Shown here piece after piece: positions 31,702-40,813 of a stretch of DNA of 64,000 nucleotides. Within the stretch, counting starts at the first letter, position 1, and every line of letters begins with the position of its first letter. The DNA comes from an uncultured delta proteobacterium (lineage in GTDB: Bacteria; Desulfobacterota; DSM-4660; Desulfatiglandales; HGW-15), in NCBI GenBank assembly GCA_963815145.1, contig CAWFFS010000027.1:52737-116736 (forward strand), given 5' to 3'. The position numbers and the translations under genes were made by a program. Under the pieces are notes generated by a model. That model was given only the letters and a program-made list of their open reading frames with translations, had not been told where the DNA came from and did no database searches.

Positions 31702-31880
31702 AGTGCCCATCCATAAACTATTTTCTGGCACTAGTCAGTTTCCAATTCAGAAACGGATGATTTTTAGCAAGTTCAAGGAAATCAAAGGATTACGCGGAGA
31801 TGTACTTAAGTACATCGCACAGGTGATCCTGCAGATTGACGCAGAAATTGTTAAAAAGGGCCGTTTATGGATGGAAACGA
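31702..31880. mobile_element. MITE-like element
   Basis: Terminal IRs GTGCCCATCCATAAAC / GTTTATGGATGGAAAC, about 180 bp, non-coding. Confidence 0.6.
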
Positions 31881-32190
31881 GATGGTTTGGCTGTCTGACC
31901 AGTAATAAATTGACTTTCCAAACCAATTTTGTAAAATACACGGGTTTATAAATACTGGATACGTTCTTTTTATTAACCTGAATGGAGGACTCGTTATGAG
32001 CGACTCGGATGGCAGTCATAGTTACCCGAAAATGCCCCATAAATTGAGCCAAAATAATTTCGAAGACCCTGGATCGCGATATTTACGCCACGCGACTCAC
32101 GACGTGAACGGTTTGCGCCGCCTGGCATAACCTGCCGGTTCACCTCCGGTCGCGTCCAACCTTCCGTCGTGGCCGAAATTGAGGTGAACA

Positions 32191-32265
32191 ATGAAAAACA
32201 AAAATCCCATGCCTGTCCCTGAATTATGCCAGGGAGTGTTGCATCATGAAAAAGATCCAGTTTAA
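32191..32265 (+). promoter_or_regulatory. Putative proline-containing leader peptide (MKNKNPMPVPELCQGVLHHEKDPV) overlapping the mgtA start
   Basis: RBS GAGGTG; PxPxP codons overlap TCCCTG, which can pair with CAGGGA in the mgtA RBS. Confidence 0.45.
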
Positions 32266-34900
32266 CAACACCTCTAACCACAATGGCGCCACGCTGCCCA
32301 CCCAACGCGTGTCGAATGAGCATGAACGCCGTCTTGTGGAACTCTGCAGCTGTCCCATCCAGGAGGCGGTGGACGGACTCAAAACAACGCTTCAGGGCCT
32401 GACAACAGAATCGGCGGATCAATGTCTGGACGAATTCGGTCCCAACGAACTCACCCATCTCAAACGCCCCGGATTCTGGGCCGATATGTTCCATCGATTC
32501 AGAAGTCCCCTGGTTATTCAGCTTCTGGTGATCGCTGTCGTCTCGGCAATCATCGGCGAGATCAAGTCCACAGTAATTGTCGGAGCGATGGTCCTTCTCA
32601 GCGTGGGGCTTTCTTATATTCTTGACAGACGCTCCGGCCAGGCAGTGGAAAATCTCGGCAAGCGCGTCCAATCCCGCACCTTTGTTTTAAGAGACGGGGC
32701 GGAATCGGAGGTTCGAATTTCGGATATAGTTCCCGGAGATGTCGTACTTTTACAGGCCGGCTCCATCGTCCCGGCTGACCTTCGACTGATAGCCGCCAAG
32801 GACTTTTTTATCAGCGAATCGGCCCTGACAGGCGAATCCATGCCGGTTGAAAAGGTCGTTGCGATTCCCGATTCCCGGGGCACATCTGCCCTGGAACTGC
32901 CTAATGCCTGTTTTTTCGGTACATCGGTCACAAGCGGCACTGCCCGCGGTCTGGTCATCAACACCGGTACCCATACACTGTTCGGAGCCATTTCGGAACG
33001 CCTGGCCGAGAAGCGTGAAGAGACCGATTTTGACCGTGGAGTGCGTTCCTTCACCTGGCTGATGATCAGATTCATGGTGGTCATGGTTTGCGCGGTTTTC
33101 TTTATCGTCGGAATGACCAAAGGCAACTGGCTGGAGGCTCTTTTATTCGGACTATCCATTGCAGTCGGCCTTACCCCCGAAATGCTGCCCATGATCGTAA
33201 CTGTCAACCTGGCAAAGGGTGCACTAACCATGGCAAAAAAGAAAGTGATCGTCAAACGGCTTCCGTCTATCCAGAACTTCGGGGCAATCGATATCCTGTG
33301 CACTGACAAAACAGGAACACTCACTCAGGACAAGGTGGTTCTGGAACAACACGTCGATATCCTGGGACATACCAGCGAGGTGGTGCTTAATTACGCCTAT
33401 CTTAACAGTCAGTTCCAGACAGGCCTGCGCAACCTGATCGACCATGCAGTACTTGAATATGCAGACCTGGACACCCGGCAGTGTCGATTGGTCGATGAGC
33501 TGCCTTTCGATTTCCATCGCCGGCGGATGTCCGTGGTCGTTGATTACGAAGGAGACCATGTGCTCATCTGTAAAGGCGCGGTCGAGGAGATTTATGCATG
33601 CTGCAACCGCTATCAGATCGATGACCAGGTTTATCCCCTGGTCGACATGATTCGCGGTGACCTCTTCGAAGAGGTCGAAAAGCTCAACCGCGATGGTTTC
33701 CGGGTTCTCGGCATCGCCTATCGTGAATTCCCCAGTGACAAGACCGTATTTTCGGTTGAAGACGAATCACAGCTTACCCTGCTGGGGTATATCGCCTTTT
33801 TCGATCCGCCCAAGGCAAAAGCAGGAGAAGCCCTGGAGGTTCTTTCAGGAGCCGGGGTGGGGATCAAGGTGCTTACCGGCGACAACGGCCTGGTGACTGA
33901 GAAGATCTGCCGGGATGTCAGGCTCGGCATCGACCGTATGGTCACGGGGGCCGAACTGGCCCGGCTTTCACCGGACGAGTTTTCCGCAACTGTTGAGGAA
34001 GCCAATGTTTTCGTCAAGCTGTCCCCGGCACAAAAGGAGGATATCGTCAGGGATCTGCGTCGCAACGGCCACGTGGTGGGGTTTATGGGCGACGGCATAA
34101 ACGATGCGCCGGCACTCAAGGCCGCTGACGTGGGCATTTCCGTGGATTCCGCCGTGGATGTTGCCAAGGAAGCAGCCGATATCGTGCTCCTGGAGAAAAG
34201 CCTGCTGGTTCTGGAAGAGGGCATCATGGAGGGTCGAAGGGTTTTCGCCAATATCATCAAATACATCCGAATGGGAGCCAGTTCCAATTTCGGCAACATG
34301 TTCAGTGTCGTGGGCGCCAGCTATCTACTGCCTTTCCTGCCCATGCAGCCTGTGCAGATTCTCACCAACAATCTGTTGTACGATTTCTCCCAGACCGGCA
34401 TCCCGGCCGATACGGTGGATGAAGAACTGGTTGCCAGGCCCCTCAAATGGAATATCAGCAACATCAAGCGTTTCATGGTATTCGTCGGGCCGATCAGTTC
34501 CATTTTTGATTACGCGACATTCGGTTTGATGTGGTTCTTTTTCCATTGCAGCGCATTTCTCGACCCTGCAACAACTGTCGCGCAAAAAGATGGACTGGCC
34601 AGGCTTTTTCAGACCGGGTGGTTCGTGGAATCACTGCTCACACAAACGCTGATCGTCCACATCATCCGGACAAGGCGTATTCCCTTTTTCGGCAGTCGGG
34701 CTTCGGCGCATTTGACCATGACCACCCTCATCATCATGGTAATCGGGGCCTGGTTACCCTACTCGCCATTTGCCGGCAATCTGGGGATGGTGCCGTTGCC
34801 GGCGGTCTATTGGGCCTGGATAGCGTTTTTTCTGTTAATTTACGCCACCTTGACCCACCGGGTTAAGACCTGGTTTTTCAAAAAGTACGGAGGTGATTGA
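32246..34900 (+). CDS. mgtA: Magnesium-translocating P-type ATPase
   Basis: TGES, AVGLTPEMLP, DKTGTLT, KGA, TGDN, GDGIND, SSNFGNMFS, FQTGWFVES. Confidence 0.95.
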   Translation: MKKIQFNNTSNHNGATLPTQRVSNEHERRLVELCSCPIQEAVDGLKTTLQGLTTESADQCLDEFGPNELTHLKRPGFWADMFHRFRSPLVIQLLVIAVVSAIIGEIKSTVIVGAMVLLSVGLSYILDRRSGQAVENLGKRVQSRTFVLRDGAESEVRISDIVPGDVVLLQAGSIVPADLRLIAAKDFFISESALTGESMPVEKVVAIPDSRGTSALELPNACFFGTSVTSGTARGLVINTGTHTLFGAISERLAEKREETDFDRGVRSFTWLMIRFMVVMVCAVFFIVGMTKGNWLEALLFGLSIAVGLTPEMLPMIVTVNLAKGALTMAKKKVIVKRLPSIQNFGAIDILCTDKTGTLTQDKVVLEQHVDILGHTSEVVLNYAYLNSQFQTGLRNLIDHAVLEYADLDTRQCRLVDELPFDFHRRRMSVVVDYEGDHVLICKGAVEEIYACCNRYQIDDQVYPLVDMIRGDLFEEVEKLNRDGFRVLGIAYREFPSDKTVFSVEDESQLTLLGYIAFFDPPKAKAGEALEVLSGAGVGIKVLTGDNGLVTEKICRDVRLGIDRMVTGAELARLSPDEFSATVEEANVFVKLSPAQKEDIVRDLRRNGHVVGFMGDGINDAPALKAADVGISVDSAVDVAKEAADIVLLEKSLLVLEEGIMEGRRVFANIIKYIRMGASSNFGNMFSVVGASYLLPFLPMQPVQILTNNLLYDFSQTGIPADTVDEELVARPLKWNISNIKRFMVFVGPISSIFDYATFGLMWFFFHCSAFLDPATTVAQKDGLARLFQTGWFVESLLTQTLIVHIIRTRRIPFFGSRASAHLTMTTLIIMVIGAWLPYSPFAGNLGMVPLPAVYWAWIAFFLLIYATLTHRVKTWFFKKYGGD

Positions 34901-35700
34901 TCATGGACACGATTCTGGATGCACTGCAGGAGGGTAGACTCTTCGAGCTCCCGGATAACGACAAAACCGACGCGCTTCAGTTTCTGGCACATGTAATTGA
35001 AGCATTCCCGGAAGTTCCGGCCGGAACGGACATTGTCGGGCATGTGATGAAAAGAGAAAAGGCGACCAATACGGCCCTTGGCAAGGGCTGGGCCTGTCCG
35101 CATGCGCGTGTGCCCTTTGATGAAGATCTCATGTGCGTGATCGGCTGGAGCCCTGCGGGCATTGATTACGGCGCACCGGATGAAAAATCCGTGGCGCTGG
35201 TCGTTATGTATCTGGTGCCGGAAAACCAGAAGAATCATTTTCTGCGTGAAGTATCCGTGCTGGCCAAGGCCCTTGAAACCTATCCGGGGCTTGATAAGCT
35301 GCGTGAAGTAAAGGACCTGGATGATATCCGAAACTATTTGCTGGACCTGATCGACGTCACAAAAGAATCGTCCGGGTCGGATACCAGGGCCCGGATGATC
35401 CGTTTGCAGGCCAGGACAGTTCCTGGACCATCGGCTTCCGGTGATTTGTCAAACCTTATAATTGAGCCGGTCACAATAGTAAGCGGCCCTGACGTTAAAA
35501 CCACTGCCCTCACCCAGAATGCGGATCTCCTGGAATGGCTGGAAACTGTGAAAGATCTGTCAGGGATAATAAAAATACAGGGCGCTTACCAGAATGGCGG
35601 ATGGCGCATTATTCGGAGGGGAATCACAGCCTATCAGGGCGATCGTGTAGTATATGACTGTATCGCTGTAAAAGTGATGTCACAGGATAAAGGAAAATGA
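34897..35700 (+). CDS. PTS EIIA (Ntr/fructose-type) domain protein
   Basis: RE..NTALGKGWACPHAR phospho-His motif; overlaps the mgtA stop. Confidence 0.82.
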   Translation: MIMDTILDALQEGRLFELPDNDKTDALQFLAHVIEAFPEVPAGTDIVGHVMKREKATNTALGKGWACPHARVPFDEDLMCVIGWSPAGIDYGAPDEKSVALVVMYLVPENQKNHFLREVSVLAKALETYPGLDKLREVKDLDDIRNYLLDLIDVTKESSGSDTRARMIRLQARTVPGPSASGDLSNLIIEPVTIVSGPDVKTTALTQNADLLEWLETVKDLSGIIKIQGAYQNGGWRIIRRGITAYQGDRVVYDCIAVKVMSQDKGK

Positions 35701-36289
35701 AATGATGCCGGGGGAAGCCCACCCAAGGCTACACATTTTTGTTATGGTCTTCGGAGGTCTGGCTTGTATTAGCTGCCTGAAAAGAACCAATGTATCAGAC
35801 AACAATTGCAAGAAACAATTGAATTGGAGCGATCCTGGTTACTGCTATCATAAAGTTGTATTCAGCCATATTAATCCCTGGAAATGGGTTTGGGCCGCCC
35901 TGCCTGCATTACAGGCCGGGCTACGTTTTATCGCCAGCCTGTAATGCAGAGATGAAATTATCAATAGCTCACTGGTGCTGTCAATTTGATTGTGTGAAAT
36001 TCATTTCTGGCAACTTTTTAAAGAAAGGCAGGTCCCCGGGCACTTGTCTTAAAATGTCACAGAACCTTGAAATACGGATCTGGTGAGATAGCAGCATGCC
36101 ACGTTAAGTATCTGCTTTAAAAAAACCGACCAGGTTTATTACAGCCCTAATGTTTCCGTTTTATAAATTATTAAGACTTGATTCTTTGTTTACATATTTT
36201 TAAAGTATATAATTAGTTTTTTACCTTATTTTAAAATCTATTGATCAAGTGATAGGCTCCGATAAACCTTAGATAAAATACAAGGCTAC

Positions 36290-37800
36290 ATGAAAAAATC
36301 AAAAACCAATTATACTTACTGCCTGATCTGCCGGATAATAATTCCGGCGTTATTAATCATATGCATATCACAATATATCTATGCAGCAGGAAAAGATAAA
36401 AATCAGAAGGCCTGGCTTGCCCGACTTGAAGCCCAGGCGGAGGTTATATGGGGGCCGGACAACACCTGGCTCCCGAGACCCATTTAGTGGTCCAATATGA
36501 ACGGGGTCTGGGTGAACGCAGTATGGTTGATTTGAGAGAGGTAAGGCCTGTGTTCAGATAATTTTAAAGGCTGATGATGATCCCTGGAGGGAAGCGGTCC
36601 TAGCGCATCTTAAACAGGGCGTTGGCAATCTGATCTTCCAGAAACCGGAAGATCCAGTGGAATGATAAAAAATCGGATAAAAAAAACCTGTCCCCTGTTG
36701 TGGCGGATTCCGGGCCAATGGAAATGCCGCCAGGAAAGGGAATAAGAATCTATCTCATTGAAAAAGGAGATTCCCTGTGGAAGATTTCCCGCAGATTTGG
36801 AATGAAAATAGAAGATCTTGTCGGCTAAACAAATTAAACAAAAAAGAAACTTTGCATCCCGGGCAACCGATAAAGGTTCTCGTTTATGCGTCCCACGATC
36901 TAACACTGGATTCCGGGCCTGATAACAGAGCGGATGGCCCATTGCTCCTGGACCAGATACGCATGGCTAGACGGCCGCCCGGTTCAGCCCTGTCAATGGT
37001 GCGGGATTTTGCGGAGGATTACTTGAAAACCATCCGCGAAAATGGGAAAAAATAACTGGTAAAGATGGAATTGAGCGGCTTGCAGTCAGCATTGAATTTA
37101 TCTCGTCTCAAATCATGTGGAAATTCGCGCCAGAAAATTTTACCCCATGGTCCGGAAACAGGCTGAGAAAATAGATGTTGATCCTGCTGTAGTAATGGCA
37201 ATTATTCACACCGAATCCATGTTCAACCCGATGGCAAGATCCAACACCCCTGCCTATGGACTTATGCAGCTTGTCCCGCGATGGAGGAGGCCTTGAGGCA
37301 TACAATGCAATGACTGAAGAGACCCGGAAACTGACACCCAATATCTGTATATCCTGAATAACAATATCGAACTGGGAACTGCGTATTACAAAATTTTGAA
37401 AACTAGATATATGGGGGATATCGATGAACCCGTAAGCCGTAAGATATTGTGCAGTGGCCGCATACAATGCCGGGGCCTCAAATGTTGGTTATGCATTTAT
37501 TTCAACGAAATCTATCAACCAGGCGGCCCCTGGATTAACCGGATGGCACCCCGGAAGGTTTATCAAAGGTCTGATTAAAAAACTTCCTATCCAAAGAGAG
37601 TCGAGACTATGTCCGCAAGGTATTTGACTCGTGTAAAACTTTATCGTGACTGGAAAAGTCTTATCGATAGTCCTCAGATTTTATTTGCCGGAGATGATAA
37701 ATCTGCGATCCGATTTATTTTTTTACGATATCCGGTTCCAATTTATCCATCCGGATCAGTACCTGATCCAGGCAGGAGTCTGCACAAATTAAAATCCCGA
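36290..37800 (+). pseudogene. MltC-like lytic transglycosylase (DUF3393 + LysM + SLT) with multiple frameshifts
   Basis: Pieces in different frames: ERSMVD, LysM-like KGDSLWKISRRFG, MAIIHTESMFNP, AYGLMQLVP, NIELGTAY, AAYNAG; end approximate. Confidence 0.75.
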
Positions 37801-39185
37801 TTCTGCCATGATCAGCATACGGCATGCTTTGCAGTCAAATTCGAGTCTGTAGGTATGTTGCCTGTCACCTATCCTTAAAGGTCCGGCTATCATAGGATTA
37901 TTTTGCCTGTTGGCTGATTTGAGACAGGCATCCAGTTCGTACCGCAGGCAATACCTGGTGGTCATCAGCACCCGGCTGAATTTATTGTTTACAGAGCCAT
38001 CGCTTTCCGATTCAAGGGCCATTTCCCTGACTTCTACCCCGTGTTTTTTATAAAAGGCCAGTGCTTTTGTATTCAGGATATTAGCGCGGTAATCCACCTC
38101 TTTTTCGGGATAGGGTATATTGTTTGTGATAATTGCAGCCTCAGGACGCGGCATGGCAGGGATACGTGCCTGTGTAAGCTGAGTAAGCGCCCTCCGCCTG
38201 ATGTCGTTTATGATGCTCAAGGCAAGAAAACCAGGCTGATCAGGATAGATAGTTACTGACCTTACCCTGTATGGTGTATCCCCTGTCCTCATTAATTGTG
38301 TTTCAATAACAGAGCGTGCACGCTGAGGATTTTGGGCCGGTTGAAATTCGGCCTCCTGTGATATTTCAACAGTGACACCATCTTCATCTTTTACAGTCAA
38401 CCGGATGCCCTTGTCACCCTGGTTGAATATCATCTCAACGTCAATTGCGCGGCAGTGTGCGGAGCCCCTTAAAACACTTAAAAAATCAGTATCCGAATTT
38501 CTGTATAATTCTGTGCCTGCTGTAAGACCGGTCATGGTGTTAGGATAAATTTTGTTGCCTGCCACCCTTTCTACCTTAAATCCTGTAAGTTCACTGTCCC
38601 TGTTGAAAAAACAGATACCATCCCCGTTTCGCAGATCATGGTCCTGAAGCCGGAAAAAATTCCTGCCCGGTTTAACTATCCGGCCTATAAATTTTCCGAT
38701 GGATTTTGGGGTATCCATGGCGGCTATCTTTTCACGTTTCCCTTCAATGAAATATCCGGTAAACCCGCGATTAAATGTTTTTTCAGGATCAGGTTTAAAG
38801 CCAAAGGTACAGGTACCGCTGCTTTCCCTGCGATATTGCGAATGAGCGGCAATATACTCATCAATGACCAGCCTGTAGAGAGCAGTGATATTTTTTACAT
38901 ATTCTATCTCCTTATAGCGGCCTTCTATCTTAAAGGAGGTAACACCGGCAGCTACAAGATCACCTATGGATTCGAGGCGGTTCATATCCTTCAGGGAGAG
39001 AGGGTATTTATTGTCCAGGACAGTTTGATTGCTGCCATTGATAAGGCTGTATTTATGCCGGCATAGCTGGGCACATACCCCACGGTTACCGCTGCGTCCT
39101 GCTGCATACTGACTAAGGTAGCACTGGCCGCTGTATGACACGCACAGGGCACCGTGAACAAATACCTCCAGTTCCACTGATGTTC
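37789..39185 (-). pseudogene. U32 peptidase/RlhA-like gene lacking its N-terminal part
   Basis: ELEVFVHGALCVSYSGQC, RSGNRGVCAQLCR, SFKIEGR, DUF3656-like C-term; homology starts mid-domain at about 39185. Confidence 0.85.
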
Positions 39186-39194
39186 CATAAATAC

Positions 39195-39245
39195 AGGGAT
39201 ATGCCGGATGTATCCGGGCATATAGTGACGCGTTGCCCCGGCCAT
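39195..39245 (-). mobile_element. 5' stub of a RAYT/Y1 HUH transposase (second subtype)
   Basis: MAGATRHYMPGYIRHI resembles the MARxxRHYIPGxxWHI N-termini of this family (recalled, not searched). Confidence 0.55.
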
Positions 39246-39409
39246 GGATTCTTTCTAAAAAGGCTTTATTACCATAAAAACTCAATATAGGTCTATTTTA
39301 TAAGTATGCAGGTTGGGTTAAGCAAAGCAACCCCAAAATATTTCAAATGTCAAATGGACTCCCTAAAACATGGTCGATTTCCTGTGCGCTTGTCAACACA
39401 AGCTTAAGT

Positions 39410-39504
39410 CTTTCATTATCTCTGAATATATTTCCGCCTTCAACACCTCTGGCAATGATATGGTGTAATGCACCCGGTGTGTTTATCCTCGATTGTCTTG
39501 GCAT
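39410..39504 (-). mobile_element. 5' stub of a REP-associated tyrosine transposase (RAYT)
   Basis: MPRQSRINTPGALHHIIARGVEGGNIFRD is a typical RAYT N-terminus; HUH and catalytic Tyr are absent. Confidence 0.8.
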
Positions 39505-39539
39505 GGTCCCCGCAGTCCCTGCCAGCACCAGGTTAGACG

Positions 39540-39790
39540 TTATTTTCCTGTTACTGCTGATTGATAAGCTGCAAGGAGTTCTGCGTCATCGATCGAGCCA
39601 TGGTGGTGAGTTTGTCGCCATTTGTTGTCAACCTTCCGAAATATTCTGCTCGTTCGAATATACAAGTCAACCCGATTTTTACCCAGTTGAAAAAATCCCC
39701 TCTCCCTTCCAACTGCGTAGAATACCTTATCGTGCTCGTGAATGGTATAATCGTAATATTCAACATATACCTTCGCTGGCCCGTTGAATA
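39540..39790 (-). pseudogene. 3' part of an NTF2/SnoaL-like gene (not in the ORF track)
   Basis: FNGPAKVYVEYYDYTIH..YAVGRERG..IRTSRIFRKVDNKWRQTHHHGS; no start; begins at the 39794 motif. Confidence 0.75.
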
Positions 39791-39793
39791 GAT

Positions 39794-39862
39794 GGGGACG
39801 CTCTTTAATAATTTAATATTTCCTTAGTAACTAAATTTTTAAAGAGCGTCCCACTCTACCAC
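39794..39862. repeat. REPIN-like inverted element with outward-facing CCC ends
   Basis: GGGGACGCTCTTTAATAATTTA..TAAATTTTTAAAGAGCGTCCC; right arm also at 10110-10137 and 12674-12700. Confidence 0.85.
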
Positions 39863-40019
39863 TCTAGGCGCTAGCTCCACCGGGAGCCGGGTATTTGCGA
39901 AGCGCCTCTAAAATACGCGTGAGGAGAATAGATGAAGTCGGTACCCACGCCGTCCGCGGCTACTTCATTGGTTTCAGGTTTAAACTGATAAACAAGTTTT
40001 TCGTATTTTCTTTCAGGCA

Positions 40020-40496
40020 TTATTTTCCTTTTTTATTTTTCGCGGCCTGGTATGTGGGGCGCGCGACGCTGGCGATCTTTTCCGGTCGAACAGACGCTTC
40101 CTGGGTGATGCTGGCATCAACGAAGATGAATGGTTTACCCACTCGTTTAACCTCTAATGGACAATGTTTTGTGTGCTTGGGAATGAAGATATAACACGGG
40201 TAGTCGATTTTAATGATCTCATCATCAAGAGTAAATTCGATATCGGCGTCAAGCTCGGCAAAGTTTTCAGAGTCTCCGATGAGATAGACCCATTGATCAA
40301 ATGGATGCGTATGCGTTGGACTGCCCAATATATCGGGTTCAGTGATGCGCGCGAATCCCATTGCCAGAGCGGAATCGTGAATATCAGAAGGACCCAGGCC
40401 GGTAACCAGCGGCGATTTTATCGTATTCAGTATTGATTTCCAGGGACCGAGTTGAATGATATTTGGTTCTCGTTGAATGTTTTCTATTTTTGGCAT
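40020..40496 (-). CDS. Cupin-like hypothetical protein
   Basis: HTHPFDQWVYLIG..CYIFIPKHTKHCPL; probable start MPKIEN. Confidence 0.7.
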   Translation of the reverse strand: MPKIENIQREPNIIQLGPWKSILNTIKSPLVTGLGPSDIHDSALAMGFARITEPDILGSPTHTHPFDQWVYLIGDSENFAELDADIEFTLDDEIIKIDYPCYIFIPKHTKHCPLEVKRVGKPFIFVDASITQEASVRPEKIASVARPTYQAAKNKKGK

Positions 40497-40813
40497 TTGA
40501 GCCTTATCAACCTCCATGTTATTGGTTAATGAAAGGGGGCAAGTCTCGGTTAAAAAATAACAAAAAAGGTTTAACTGAATAAATCTGCTCTTGACTCCCG
40601 GTAGTATCAATAAGCACAAATCGAAAAACCGGGCAGACACAGGGATCTGCCCCTACAAGGTAATGTGGAAGCAACGTGAGTCAGTCCTTCACATTATACA
40701 TGTTCCAGCCAGCATGAAGTATGATCGGGTAAGCCAGTTGTTTTTGATTTATAATTATGTACCCTGCCAGTGGATTAAACTGGCAGGGGTAAAGACCTGG
40801 ACCCCGTTTTACA

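Noticed and set aside
32000-32245. M-box (ykoK) riboswitch upstream of mgtA
   Set aside because: The conserved M-box sequence blocks are not recognisable by eye; an Rfam scan would settle it.
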